Shown: positions 1 through 10,017, counted from the first letter of the whole stretch. The stretch: DNA of 60,757 nt, filler included, from Candidatus Tectimicrobiota bacterium (GCA_016193065.1; 7 parts of 7 records of this genome joined end to end with filler, not necessarily neighbours in it); one strand, 5' to 3'. Program-made: numbers and translations. The notes: generated from the sequence alone by a model not told the origin.

Positions 1-564
1 AATCTCATCCTCGGGTTACGGGAGTTGACCAACGGCGAGACGGGCATTGTGACAACCGGTCTGGGGGCCGGCATACTGGAGAGGGCGCGGTGGAGCTACT
101 ACGTGATTCTTGCCGTCCTCATGTTCTCTCTCGTCCTGTATCACCTGTTGATGAGGTCCCGGGCGGGAACGGCCTTTCGAGCGCTCACCGACGACGAATT
201 CGCCGCCGAACTGGTCGGGATCGATGTCACAATGTATAAAGTGCTTGCCGCCTCGATCGGCTCGGCTCTGCTGGGGGCGGTCGGCGCCCTCTACGCCTAC
301 TACAGCGGGTTCATCAGTCCCACGGTGTACGCCCTCGTCAGCGTGGACATCGTCGTCCTGGTCACGCTGCTCCTGGGAGGGATGGGTACCCTGCTCGGAC
401 CGGTCCTTGGAGGCGTGCTCTTTACCGTCCTCGATGAGATCGTGCGGCCTCTCGGACGGCTCAACGTCCTGGTCTACGGAGCGCTCATGATCCTCCTGTT
501 CATCACCTTCCGGCAAGGACTGGTGGCGGTGCTGAGGAAGCTCGGAAAGGTCCGGATCCCGTAA
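1..564 (+). CDS. Branched-chain amino acid ABC permease (LivM-like), 5'-partial
   Basis: Hydrophobic ORF with RSRAGTAFRALTDDEFAAELVGID and LLGGMGTLLGPVLG motifs typical of LivM. Confidence 0.85.
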   Translation, partial: NLILGLRELTNGETGIVTTGLGAGILERARWSYYVILAVLMFSLVLYHLLMRSRAGTAFRALTDDEFAAELVGIDVTMYKVLAASIGSALLGAVGALYAYYSGFISPTVYALVSVDIVVLVTLLLGGMGTLLGPVLGGVLFTVLDEIVRPLGRLNVLVYGALMILLFITFRQGLVAVLRKLGKVRIP

Positions 565-751
565 ATATACCGCCCGTCCCCGGATTTCTTCGAAGTGCAT
601 ATGCATGATGGACCAACGCGTGTGGCCCAGGATGCAGACATACATGATCCTGGCATGCCGATCGATCCCGCAGTACTATCAGGGAGCCCTTTGGGAGAAT
701 CGAAGCGCTGCGGCTCAGCGTGCCAGCGGTAGAAGAGGAGGGATTCAGCGT

Positions 752-1039
752 ATGGCCGTATATATGATCGTAGATATTGATGTGAAGGACCCGTCCGCTT
801 ACGAACGATACAAAGCCGAAGTCCCCGCTCTCATACGCAACCATGGCGGTGAGTACCTCGCCCGAGGCGGGAACTGCCAGGTCCTCGAAGGAGACTGGCG
901 ACCGAGCCGGCTGGTCTTGTCTCGATTTCCCGATAAGGAGTCGGTGCGGGCGTTTTTCAGTGATCCGGAATACCAGCCGCTGAAAGAGCTGAGGCATCGC
1001 GTCGCAAAGACAGACATCGTTGTGGTCGAAGGCCTGTGA
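752..1039 (+). CDS. DUF1330 family protein
   Basis: 95 aa; HGGEYLARGG...EGDWRP.RLV..FP......F...EYQ pattern; GAGGAGG RBS. Confidence 0.85.
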   Translation: MAVYMIVDIDVKDPSAYERYKAEVPALIRNHGGEYLARGGNCQVLEGDWRPSRLVLSRFPDKESVRAFFSDPEYQPLKELRHRVAKTDIVVVEGL

Positions 1040-1147
1040 TCGGTGGATTGCCCATCTGTCATCTTTGCCGTCCAGTCTCCGGAGGCCGACGTCATTCTGC
1101 TCCCGGCCCGCGAGTGAATTCCTGCGCTTGGAGAAAAGGGGGGATCC

Positions 1148-1912
1148 ATGAAACTCGAAACGATGGTTTTCGAGAGGGAGGGTAGGATCGGCTGCCTGAC
1201 GCTGGACCGTCCAGGGCTGCTCAACGCCATGGATTACCAGGGAGCGCTCGACATGAATCGATCTGCCGAGATGATTCGTGACGACCCGGATCTCCGGCTT
1301 GTGCTGATCCGGGGGGCGGGTCGTGCCTTCTGTACGGGCATCGACCTCAAGCAACTCGCCGCCGGAGAGACCCCGCACGAGTATTACGAGAAGTGGGACC
1401 GGGCGTTGCGAATCCTTGAGCAGGCCGAGAAGGTGCTGATCTGTGCCATGCACGGCTATGTTCTTGGCGGAGGATTGCAGTTGGCGCTGGCATGTGACAT
1501 CCGCATCGCAACGGAGGACTGTCAGCTTGGGCTTCCGGCGATCAAGGAGGGCATCGTCCCCGGGCTGGGCACCCTGCGGCTGCCGCGCTACATCGGGCTT
1601 GGCCGGGCCAAGTGGATGGTGTTGTCCGGCGACAATATCGATGGCCGCCGCGCTTATGAAATCGGGCTGATAGACCACGTCGTCAACGCCGACACCTTTG
1701 CTGCTGACGTGAACGCTCTGGTGGAGAAGTATTCGCGTGTCTGCTCGGAGGGGACACGGCAGTCCAAAATGCTGCTGAATATGCCCTTCGACATGCCCCA
1801 TGGGCAGTTCTTTGAAGAGTATCTGCGCCGGCAGCGCATCGCTCTGGGGTCGCCGGACCATCAGGAGGCCATGGCGGCTTATCGCGACGGGCGCGACCCC
1901 GTGTTTACATGA
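1148..1912 (+). CDS. Enoyl-CoA hydratase/isomerase (crotonase) family protein
   Basis: GRAFCTGIDL, MHGYVLGGGLQLALACDIRIA motifs. Confidence 0.9.
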   Translation: MKLETMVFEREGRIGCLTLDRPGLLNAMDYQGALDMNRSAEMIRDDPDLRLVLIRGAGRAFCTGIDLKQLAAGETPHEYYEKWDRALRILEQAEKVLICAMHGYVLGGGLQLALACDIRIATEDCQLGLPAIKEGIVPGLGTLRLPRYIGLGRAKWMVLSGDNIDGRRAYEIGLIDHVVNADTFAADVNALVEKYSRVCSEGTRQSKMLLNMPFDMPHGQFFEEYLRRQRIALGSPDHQEAMAAYRDGRDPVFT

Positions 1913-2090
1913 CCGAAGCTGGCAGACGAGAAAGCTGAAACGGGAAAGCTGATTAAATCTAAGCGGGTGGCGGGCCGACCGTACGGTCTCCCGCGGATCA
2001 CTTCCCCCCATCCTGCCCTTCCCCCCCTGTATAGACAGGGGGAAGGACTTGAGTTCACGGAGCGTTCCAGCGCTCTGCCTGGATTTTCGG

Positions 2091-2480
2091 CTAGCCGCGG
2101 GGGAGCATCTGGGCCCAGCCGATTCCCAGGAGGATCAGGAGAGCGGCCACGAGATAGAGGACCCAGGGGGTGCGGCGGGCACCCGCGAGGCGGGTACCCG
2201 GTGCCGCGGCGACTTTCCGGGCCACATGGATGACCGCCGCCGCGGCAAGCATGGTGATCGGGTGAAGCAGATTCGGGCGGGATCCGGAACGCATTCCCAC
2301 GTAGTTGGAGATCCCGAGGAGAACCTGCAGGTCGACGAGAATCATATAGAAGAGGGCGATTCGGGATCTGCCTTTTTCCCGGAACCACCGGCTCCAGAGA
2401 GCCGACAAGCTCAGGACCACCATCAGGACGGCGATTCCCAGCAGGGTCCAGCCCAGGTGAACGTGAATCGTGCGCAGCAT
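2091..2480 (-). CDS. Small 4-TM membrane protein (mini-hairpin repeat inside a loop)
   Basis: Four hydrophobic segments; co-oriented 15 nt downstream of the MBL gene. Confidence 0.65.
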   Translation of the reverse strand: MLRTIHVHLGWTLLGIAVLMVVLSLSALWSRWFREKGRSRIALFYMILVDLQVLLGISNYVGMRSGSRPNLLHPITMLAAAAVIHVARKVAAAPGTRLAGARRTPWVLYLVAALLILLGIGWAQMLPRG

Positions 2481-2495
2481 CTCTTTCCCTTCTAT

Positions 2496-3557
2496 TTATT
2501 CCCCGGAGAGCTCGGTTCCCGCGGAAAGACCCGCCGGGATTAGCGCGAGACCCCCGAACGCTTCCCGGGCTTCGTTCAGGATCTCTTCTTCTCTGCCCCG
2601 GTACCGGGGGGAGAAGTGGAAGAGGATGAGCTTTTTTACCTGCGCCTGCCGGGCCAGCAGCCCGGCCTGCCGGGCCGTCAGGTGACCTCGCTTGCAAGCC
2701 TCGTCACGGTTTTCGTACAAGAATTGTGCCTCGCAGTAAAACAGGTCGGCCCCAGCAGCCAGATCGACCACCTTTTGTTGATTCGTCGGGGTGAAGCCGA
2801 TGTCGGTCACGTAGACGATTTTTTGGCCTGCGCAAAGCCTGACCAGATCACGGCACCACTCTTCAAGCGTCCTCTCCTGCTCCCTGGGTGTGTTTCCCTC
2901 CTGCCAGCAGACCCGAAAGAGTTTTCCGCCGGGAGCGCCGCAGCGCAGTTGATTCTTTAGTTCGCCAAGCCAGGGACCCACCGGAATGCCCTGGCGGCGC
3001 AAGCGATCCTTGTCGATGTTGAAGTGCGTCGATTCCTCCAGGCTGAAAGCGAGTACCGTAGTCCCATGATCGAGCTCGACGGCTCTGACCCGGGCCCAGT
3101 CTTCCCGCAGGAGGACTCCCGGCGGGAGCCCGAGATCCGGGAGATCTTCCCGCTGGAAGCGGCGGAAGCAGGGAAACCGGGCTCCACTCTGACCGGATTC
3201 CCCGTATTCGTAGACCTCGAGGACCAGGGGATATTCGTCGACCCGGTCCCATGTGTATCCGGATAGCTTACCGGCCACGTTTTGCACGAGGCCTGGGGGT
3301 CCGTAAACTCTCAGTGTCTGGGGTCGGTGCAGACGAAGTCGCAGGATCTGATCGAAGCCGATGAAGTGGTCCATGTGGGTGTGGGATACGAAGATGTCGG
3401 AAACTTTCAGCAGCGCCCGAGGGGAGAGCGGGCTCAGATCGCCCAGGTCGAATAAAAAGGCTCTGCGTTCCCATAGCACACCCACGTACAGACCAGGGTC
3501 TCCGAAGGGGTCATGAATGAAGCGGAGGTGCAGAAGCGGCTTCACGGTTCTCCTCAC
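2496..3557 (-). CDS. Ribonuclease Z-like metallo-beta-lactamase
   Basis: FGDPGLY, SHTHMDHF, YVTD, HLTARQAG, FHFSPRY motifs. Confidence 0.85.
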   Translation of the reverse strand: MRRTVKPLLHLRFIHDPFGDPGLYVGVLWERRAFLFDLGDLSPLSPRALLKVSDIFVSHTHMDHFIGFDQILRLRLHRPQTLRVYGPPGLVQNVAGKLSGYTWDRVDEYPLVLEVYEYGESGQSGARFPCFRRFQREDLPDLGLPPGVLLREDWARVRAVELDHGTTVLAFSLEESTHFNIDKDRLRRQGIPVGPWLGELKNQLRCGAPGGKLFRVCWQEGNTPREQERTLEEWCRDLVRLCAGQKIVYVTDIGFTPTNQQKVVDLAAGADLFYCEAQFLYENRDEACKRGHLTARQAGLLARQAQVKKLILFHFSPRYRGREEEILNEAREAFGGLALIPAGLSAGTELSGE

Positions 3558-3847
3558 GGAAGGGCGCCAATCAGATTGGCGCAGGCAATCGCCTATTATA
3601 GCGGACGGGAAGAGCGAGAACGTAGAATTGCAGCACGGGCAGGATCCTCGGGGGTGCCCACACCCAGGATGCGGGTACCCATCCTATGGGTGCGGCTCCC
3701 GAAGCGCTTGCGACGAGAGGAAGGGGAGGAACCGGGGGCCCCTTGGGGCTCCAGTAAACTTTTACGCGGCAGGGCGATTTGAGTTCGGGGGTGTTTGGAC
3801 TGCAGGGAGGTTTCACCATTCGGGAGGGCGGCGCCTGCAAAACTTTG

Positions 3848-3902
3848 TAGGGGCACCCCTGTGCCTGCCTGTGCGTGTCCGCACGCAGACAGGTGGGTGC
3901 CC
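3848..3902 (+). repeat. GTAG-type REP-like hairpin with nested palindrome
   Basis: GTAGGGGCACCC...GGGTGCCC enclosing CCTGCCTGTGCGTGTCCGCACGCAGACAGG. Confidence 0.5.
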
Positions 3903-3971
3903 TCTGTTGCTCTTGCAGTTCGCCTCGACAGCCGATAAGAGATTCTGTAGATTGGAGCGGGGAGGTGCTTC

Positions 3972-4823
3972 ATGCCAGGCGGGTTTTTCTCAGGTCCGAA
4001 GCCGAGGATTTTCGGGCATCGGGGGGCCATGGGGGAGTACTCGGAAAATACCCTGCTGTCCTTTGAGCGCGCTTTAGACAGTGGAGCCACTTGCCTTGAG
4101 ACGGATATCCACGCCAGCCGGGACGGCCGTCTGGTCCTCCTTCACGACGAGACCCTGGAGAGGACCACGAACGGCTGCGGCCCGCTGAAGCAGTGCACGC
4201 TGGCGGAGCTGAAATCTCTGGATGCGGGCTACGGGTTCAGTCCGGACGGGGGGAAAAGCCACCCCTTCCGGGGAGCGGGTCTCAGGATCCCGACGCTGGA
4301 GGAGTTCTTCTCCCGGTTCCCGGGCGTGAAAGTGACCCTGGAGATCAAGCAAGCGGAGCCTCCCATCGAACAGCCGCTTCTGGATCTGGTTGCCCGCATG
4401 GGACGACTGAAGGATGTATTGATCGCCAGCGAGGTGGACGTTATCATGAAGCGGGTGCGGCGGCTGGGGCTGGACGTGGCCACGAGCTTTTCGGCCGTGG
4501 AGGTGGCTGTCTTTGTGGAGGAGATGAAAGAGCCCGCTTCCGCTCCGCCCCCTGCGCCGGGCCAGGCCCTGCAAGTCCCGCCCACCTGGGGCGGCGTGCC
4601 GCTGGTCACCGAGTCCTTCGTGAGTGCGGCCCACGGGCGGGCCGTTGAGGTTCACGTCTGGACGGTCAACGAGGTGGCCGAGATGAAGCGGTTGTTGGAT
4701 CTGGGGGTGGACGGGATTATGACCGACTTCCCCGGCCGGCTGAAAGCGCTTCTGGGCTCCCTCTCACCCCGCCCTCTCCCCCTCGAAGGAGGAGAAGATT
4801 CAGGGCGGGGGTTCGCTAGATGA
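3972..4823 (+). CDS. Glycerophosphodiester phosphodiesterase
   Basis: GHRGA, ENTL..F, ETDIH, HDETL.RTT, VWTVN, GIMTDFP motifs. Confidence 0.92.
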   Translation: MPGGFFSGPKPRIFGHRGAMGEYSENTLLSFERALDSGATCLETDIHASRDGRLVLLHDETLERTTNGCGPLKQCTLAELKSLDAGYGFSPDGGKSHPFRGAGLRIPTLEEFFSRFPGVKVTLEIKQAEPPIEQPLLDLVARMGRLKDVLIASEVDVIMKRVRRLGLDVATSFSAVEVAVFVEEMKEPASAPPPAPGQALQVPPTWGGVPLVTESFVSAAHGRAVEVHVWTVNEVAEMKRLLDLGVDGIMTDFPGRLKALLGSLSPRPLPLEGGEDSGRGFAR

Positions 4824-4871
4824 TAGGACATTAGAAATACAGTTATCGATAGCATAGGAGAAACCAAGCGA

Positions 4872-5043
4872 ATGCCCCTGGACACTTCTTTTCAGCAGGA
4901 CTCCCTCGACGACGCAATCATGCACCTCATCGACCGTCTGGGAGGTTCCCAGAATTCCGACCTCATCAAGGAGATTATCATCACGGCCCTGCGCTTTGCC
5001 GAGGACAAGGCCACCCGCGGGGATCTCAAGATCGTGAACGCGG
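4872..5043 (+). CDS. LOG/TIGR00730-type protein, N-terminal fragment (contig end)
   Basis: LIKEIIITALRFAEDKATRGDLKIVNA resembles the N-terminus of long LOG-family proteins. Confidence 0.6.
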
Positions 5044-5143
5044 NNNNNNNNNNNNNNNNNNNNNNNNNNNNNNNNNNNNNNNNNNNNTTAATTAATTAAN
5101 NNNNNNNNNNNNNNNNNNNNNNNNNNNNNNNNNNNNNNNNNNN
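5044..5143. other. Artificial contig linker (also 26853-26952, 30671-30770, 39292-39391, 48750-48849, 52216-52315)
   Basis: 100-nt N run with central TTAATTAATTAA, six occurrences. Confidence 0.97.
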
Positions 5144-5491
5144 GTCGTATCTGCCTTCCAGGAGGAAGCTTGGGTTTTGGCGAGGTTGCACGTGGAGCGT
5201 GGGCATGCTCGGCGGGAGCATTTCGTTGCCACTCACGAGAGAGGACACTGCGATCCATACTCGGCCCTCTTGCAGTCAGGCCCGGTATCGAAAAGGAATC
5301 TGCTGCTTGTCGGTGGGGCAATTCTAGCCCCGCATCATCCGGGAGCACAAGGGTTTTTTACTCTGGAGAACGGCTTCTATGCCAGCAGGTGGGGAGCCAC
5401 GGGGGCACACCTCTCGCAGGCCGAGGTAACCGGTTCCCGTGGACCGGACGTCCCGCCTGGCCGCCGACATGGGGAAGGAGGCAGAGTCGGG

Positions 5492-5548
5492 CTAGCAAAT
5501 CCGGGGGAACTGTTCGCCGCTCAGCATGTCCACCACACGGGTACCTCC
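5492..5548 (-). pseudogene. hypE: Remnant of hypE C-terminus
   Basis: Minus strand reads GGTRVVDMLSGEQFPRIC*, the HypE C-terminal PRIC signature; in-frame stop about 10 codons upstream. Confidence 0.75.
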
Positions 5549-5729
5549 TCGCCTTGCTCCGTCAATGTGCTTTAGAACCTACGCCCCCAATTTCGCGTGG
5601 TGGGCCTGTCGAACCACGAAAAGGACTTTTTTCAGCGCCCTGCCAGCTCGAAGGTTCTACAGGCCCGGAGGAGGACCTCCGTCCCCGGGCCCGCAGCCGC
5701 TCAAGCCCGGGCAGAGAACGCCGCATCAT

Positions 5730-5834
5730 CTAATGGCGCGCCAGGAGCAGGCAGCCGCCGTGCAGGCTTTCGGTCCAGTACAGGACAGCGTACAGCATCA
5801 GAGCAACCGGAACCATGGCCAGAGCGATAATCAT
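5730..5834 (-). CDS. 34-aa single-TM small protein (or truncated gene)
   Basis: AAGGAGG RBS + ATG; MIIALAMVPVALMLYAVLYWTESLHGGCLLLARH*. Confidence 0.4.
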   Translation of the reverse strand: MIIALAMVPVALMLYAVLYWTESLHGGCLLLARH

Positions 5835-5852
5835 CGGAGTCCTCCTTCCCCC

Positions 5853-6218
5853 CTACTCGGCCCGGTGGCAGGCCGGGCAGTTCTGAAGGTCGAATGCCGA
5901 CTTGCCGCTGTGGCAGGCGCCGCACTGGCGGCCGGCCTGCATGCGCTCGTGGGAAATCTTGCCTCCCTCGGCCGGCATCCCCGCCTCCAGGATCCGGAAG
6001 AGCTGTGAATGGCAGGCAGTGCAATTGGGCTGCTTCATGTCGATATGGCTTCCGTGGCGAAAGGTGACCTTTCCGGGACTTCCCTCGCTTTGAGAAAAGG
6101 TAAAGTCGCTGGGTAGCCGCAAGGAAGCCTGGCCAAAGGCAAGCCCTGTCACTAGGAAGCTCAGAGTCAGCAAGCTCGCAATGAGGATCCAAGATGCGTG
6201 GGTGGCTCTTATCTTCAT
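5853..6218 (-). CDS. Periplasmic c(7)-type triheme cytochrome c
   Basis: Signal peptide; CTACH, CGACH, CPACH; GKVTFRHGSH. Confidence 0.88.
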   Translation of the reverse strand: MKIRATHASWILIASLLTLSFLVTGLAFGQASLRLPSDFTFSQSEGSPGKVTFRHGSHIDMKQPNCTACHSQLFRILEAGMPAEGGKISHERMQAGRQCGACHSGKSAFDLQNCPACHRAE

Positions 6219-6231
6219 GGTCCGCTCCTCC

Positions 6232-7410
6232 TCAGGCCGCCAGACGCGGCTGGATCGGGGATCCAACAACCGCTTTAGAGGCCGGCAGCCGCACCACCTC
6301 GGACGGAAACACGTTCAGATACCGGACCGCCAGGGCAAAAAGGGTAAAGCCGGTGGTGACGATGGCAATCGACACCCCCACCTCGATCCAGGAGGGGAAG
6401 TAGTCGGCGCCGGCACTCGCCGCCATCCCCGTAATGCTCACGTTGAGCCGGTTGAGGACCACGCCCAGGATCACGCACAGAGCGCAGGTATACAGGCCGC
6501 GGGGGCTGCGGCGCACCTGCTCGCTGGCCAGCAGGGCCATGGGAACGATCACCCCGAGAATCATTTCCAGGTAGAAGAGGGCCGTTTCCGTCCGGGGCTG
6601 GATGAGCAGAGAGAGAACGCCCCGCTCCACCAGATCTTCCGCTTTGAAGACGAAGTAGACGGCCAAAACGACAGCCAAAACACGGCCCAGGTCAGAGAGC
6701 AGATCCATCTCGATGTGGCGCCTGAAGGCCCGGGCGCTCAAGAAGGACTCGAAGATCGTCATCGCCAGGCCTACAGCCACGGCCGAGATGAAGAAGAACA
6801 GGGGGAGCATGGAGCTGTACCAGAGGCCGTAGAGCTTGTGGGGGACGATCAGGTACAGGGAACCCAGGGAAGACTGGTGGAGCGTGGACAGCAGCACTCC
6901 GACAATGACCAGGGGGATAAGGAGCCCGTGAACGACCCGCAGGGGCGTCTTCCAACGGAGCTTTTCCAGCACCATGGGGCTGAACTCGAGTGCCAGGACC
7001 GTGGTGTAAAGCATGACGCACCAGGCCACCTCGAACATGACGGAGCGGGGGTTCCACATGATCACCGCGTGCCAGACCCGGTCGGGGCGCCCCAGGTCAT
7101 ACACCAACCCCAGCATGACCATCAGGTATCCCAAGAACGCCGTCAAGATCGTGGGGCGCAGGATCGGCCGGAACCTCTCGATCCGGAAGATGTAGACCGC
7201 GGCGGCGATGGTGAATCCGCCGGCGGCCAGGGCGACTCCCGTGAGGACGTCGAATCCGATCCAGAGCCCCCAGGGGAAAGAATCGCTGAGGTGTGTCGCC
7301 GCGCCCAGTCCACGGGAAAAGCGGAAGACAGCCAGGCCGATGCCGAGGGCCAGGCTCGCCACCATAAACCCTTTCCAGAAGGTGAGCTTGCCGAACTCCA
7401 ACTTTTGCAT
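6232..7410 (-). CDS. NrfD/PsrC/HybB-type membrane subunit
   Basis: PWGLWIGFDVLTGVALAAGGF, DLGRP, FEVAWC, STLHQSSLG motifs. Confidence 0.9.
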   Translation of the reverse strand: MQKLEFGKLTFWKGFMVASLALGIGLAVFRFSRGLGAATHLSDSFPWGLWIGFDVLTGVALAAGGFTIAAAVYIFRIERFRPILRPTILTAFLGYLMVMLGLVYDLGRPDRVWHAVIMWNPRSVMFEVAWCVMLYTTVLALEFSPMVLEKLRWKTPLRVVHGLLIPLVIVGVLLSTLHQSSLGSLYLIVPHKLYGLWYSSMLPLFFFISAVAVGLAMTIFESFLSARAFRRHIEMDLLSDLGRVLAVVLAVYFVFKAEDLVERGVLSLLIQPRTETALFYLEMILGVIVPMALLASEQVRRSPRGLYTCALCVILGVVLNRLNVSITGMAASAGADYFPSWIEVGVSIAIVTTGFTLFALAVRYLNVFPSEVVRLPASKAVVGSPIQPRLAA

Positions 7411-7442
7411 GGCGCTTGCTCCTCTGCTCCTCACCCGCCCCG

Positions 7443-8201
7443 CTAACGAGACTTCCCCTCCATCTCCTTACTTTCCGGACCACCCCCGGCCAGGCGGTTG
7501 CGCCGGTTCACGATCCAGACCAGCCCGTAGAGAAAGACCCCTCCCGCCAGGACCACCTTCGGAATCTTCGAGAGGGCCTTCCAGGTGTAGGAAGGCAGGG
7601 GTTCGCTGCCAATCGCCGTGGCGTAACCCACATGGTCGAAGGGGACGCTGCTGAGCAAAAGCATCGACGTACCTCCGACTTCCTTCTCACCATATACGGT
7701 TCGCACATAGCGCTCTGGATTCTTCCGGATTCGCGCCTTGGCCTCGGCCAGAAGTTCCTCCCGATCTCCGAAGATCCGGGCCGAGACGGGGCAGACTTCG
7801 ACGCAAGCGGGAAGTTTTCCCGCCGCCTGGCGCTCCGCGCAAAAGTCGCACTTCATGACCTTGGGCAGCGGCTTGTCCCACTCGTACGCGGGAACCCGGA
7901 AGGGGCAAGCCAGCAAGCAATAGCGACAGCCGATGCAGCGTGCTTTGTCATAAACCACGGGTCCGTTCGCTCGCTTCTGCAGGGCGCCCACCGGACACGC
8001 CGAGGCGCAGGCAGGTTCCCGGCAGTTCATGCACAGCCTGGAGACGTAGAGGCCGTTGCGGCGGTTCACTACGGTGAGAGTCCGGGAGGTCAGGTCCGCG
8101 TCTTCCTCGGGAGGCAGGTTGTTTCTCTCCTTGCAGGCCGCCACGCAAGCCTTGCAGCCGATGCAGCGGGTGAAGTCGATTAACATCCCTTTCGTGCTCA
8201 C
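7443..8201 (-). CDS. HybA-like 4x[4Fe-4S] ferredoxin with C-terminal anchor
   Basis: CIGCKACVAAC, CMNCREPACASAC, CIGCRYCLLAC, KCDFC..C..CP. Confidence 0.9.
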   Translation of the reverse strand: MSTKGMLIDFTRCIGCKACVAACKERNNLPPEEDADLTSRTLTVVNRRNGLYVSRLCMNCREPACASACPVGALQKRANGPVVYDKARCIGCRYCLLACPFRVPAYEWDKPLPKVMKCDFCAERQAAGKLPACVEVCPVSARIFGDREELLAEAKARIRKNPERYVRTVYGEKEVGGTSMLLLSSVPFDHVGYATAIGSEPLPSYTWKALSKIPKVVLAGGVFLYGLVWIVNRRNRLAGGGPESKEMEGKSR

Positions 8202-8956
8202 TGGCTCGCCCTCCCTGCTTCCGCTCCCGGACCTTCTCCCCTGCGGGCGGAGAGAAACTCTTCTTCAAACCTCCGCCAGGCTCCAGGTCCCATGTTCTCC
8301 AGGGAGCGATCCACCAGAAAACCACCGTCGGCCAGGGTGCGGCCCAGGATCTCGTCAGGAGTCGTCTGAGCCATCAGGAAATCCCGGAACCGGGTCAATT
8401 CGCTTCGCAGCCAACTGCGGGCCTCTTCTCCCACTCGAGACGCGCGAACTGGAACCGAAGGATCGGCGGGCTTCAGTGCCAGGATCCATCCCGCACCGTA
8501 GGGATCGCGTTTAACGGTTCTTGGATCTCTCAACACGAAGGGATTGACAGCCGCCACGGTGCCGGCAGCCGGTGAGGCGTAAGCCACCGATTTGGTCCCC
8601 TGATGGATGCGGAAGAGTTCTTCCCCCGCGGCTACCTCGGTTCCAACCGGCGGGGTCTCGACCTGGTCGATCCGGCCCAGGATCCGCCGGGAAAAATCAT
8701 CGACCCCTACCTTGAGCTTGCCCGAAGGGAGCAGGTTCAACCAGGCATGCTGCGAAGAGAGAAAGAGCCCCGGGGGGAGATAAAATCCCTCGAATCCCTC
8801 TGCAGATCCGCCGGCAAGCGGGACCGGAAGCGGTTGTTCCTTCCCCCCGGCAATCCAGAGGGCCGCCCGCTCCAGACCTCCTTCCTTGAGGCGCAGCACC
8901 AGGGAATCCATGAGCAGGAAGAAAAGGATCAGCAGTACGACGAAGATCGCGACCAT
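8198..8956 (-). CDS. Membrane-anchored glycine-cleavage H-like protein 1
   Basis: N-terminal TM; HAW..., VGVDDF, SPAAGTV..VN, DPYGAGWI, LADGG. Confidence 0.85.
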   Translation of the reverse strand: MVAIFVVLLILFFLLMDSLVLRLKEGGLERAALWIAGGKEQPLPVPLAGGSAEGFEGFYLPPGLFLSSQHAWLNLLPSGKLKVGVDDFSRRILGRIDQVETPPVGTEVAAGEELFRIHQGTKSVAYASPAAGTVAAVNPFVLRDPRTVKRDPYGAGWILALKPADPSVPVRASRVGEEARSWLRSELTRFRDFLMAQTTPDEILGRTLADGGFLVDRSLENMGPGAWRRFEEEFLSARRGEGPGAEAGRASQ

Positions 8957-8991
8957 GCTCGCAAAACCTCCTCTCTTCCCCTCCGGGATCC

Positions 8992-9315
8992 TCAGTGGGA
9001 ACGCCCCCTGCCGGAGGTCCCCACCAGAAGCGACACGGTCCCCCTGCGGGCCAGCCGGAACAGACCGGCTGCGGCCATGCAAATCACCATCCCCACGATG
9101 ATGAACGGCATCGCGAGGAAATAAATCCCGCCCAGGATGGGTCCCAGGATAGAAACCAGACAGCGAGGGATCGGAATCTGAACGTAATCCGGTTCCCCAA
9201 TGGGTCCCAGGATCCTGCCGTTGCGGGGGACGATCCGGATCTGCCCGGTCTGGGACTGAATGTAGACCCCCTTTGGAACGGGGATGCCAGAGACCGCTCT
9301 CTTCAGAATCTTCAC
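8992..9315 (-). CDS. Small membrane protein
   Basis: GGAGG RBS + GTG; two C-terminal hydrophobic helices; within operon. Confidence 0.6.
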   Translation of the reverse strand: MKILKRAVSGIPVPKGVYIQSQTGQIRIVPRNGRILGPIGEPDYVQIPIPRCLVSILGPILGGIYFLAMPFIIVGMVICMAAAGLFRLARRGTVSLLVGTSGRGRSH

Positions 9316-9350
9316 TGCAATTCCTCCAGAATCAGGGGAATCCCCCCGAC

Positions 9351-10004
9351 TCAGGCCGTGTGGAAAAAGGCCCGCGTCAGGGCTCTCCACTCCCTGTCAT
9401 GAAGCTTCGCGGCAGGCCGGCTCACGAACTCACCGCCGTCCGCGGCTGCGGCTCCCAGCTCCGTGTAGAAGAACTGGTAGAGCCTCTCGATCTCCCTCTC
9501 CAGCCACTCCCGGGCCGCATCCCCGGAGAGCAGGCTGCGGAATTTCTCGGAGGCCGGTTTCACGAGGAATGTCCAGCCGCGTCCGAAAGGATCACGGTTC
9601 AACGGAGACCCGTCACTGTGCAAGCTTTCGTTGACCTCCACCACAATCCCGTCCACAGGCGAGGCGATCGTCGCTTTCCGCAGACCGCAATCCACTTCCA
9701 TGGCAGGCTCGCCGGCCCAGACCCAGGCGCCCTCAGGGGGCAGGGTCACCTTCCTGGCGCCATCCATCAGTCTCTGGGCAAAATCATCAATCCCCACGCG
9801 AATGCCTCCGTCCTCTTCCTGCTTTGCCCAGGCATGTCCGGCGTGATAGAAAAGTTCCGGGTGCCACAAGAAGCCATCGACCTTCTGCAACCCTCTGATC
9901 CGGTGGAGAAGGGTGCCTTTTGCTTCGATGGCTCCCCAGATGATCAGACCAATGGTGCCAATCGCCAGGAACCCGATAATGGTCAGAACAAGCGCCAGAA
10001 TCAT
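9351..10004 (-). CDS. Membrane-anchored glycine-cleavage H-like protein 2
   Basis: N-terminal TM; GHAWA, RVGIDDFA, SPVDG.V..VN, DPFGRGW, AADGG. Confidence 0.85.
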   Translation of the reverse strand: MILALVLTIIGFLAIGTIGLIIWGAIEAKGTLLHRIRGLQKVDGFLWHPELFYHAGHAWAKQEEDGGIRVGIDDFAQRLMDGARKVTLPPEGAWVWAGEPAMEVDCGLRKATIASPVDGIVVEVNESLHSDGSPLNRDPFGRGWTFLVKPASEKFRSLLSGDAAREWLEREIERLYQFFYTELGAAAADGGEFVSRPAAKLHDREWRALTRAFFHTA

Positions 10005-10017
10005 TGCCAACACCTCC

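Noticed and set aside
5044-5143. TTAATTAATTAA repeats as biological elements
   Set aside because: Artificial contig spacers flanked by N
8198-10004. Glycine cleavage system
   Set aside because: No P/T/L partners; TM anchors; canonical lipoyl motif absent
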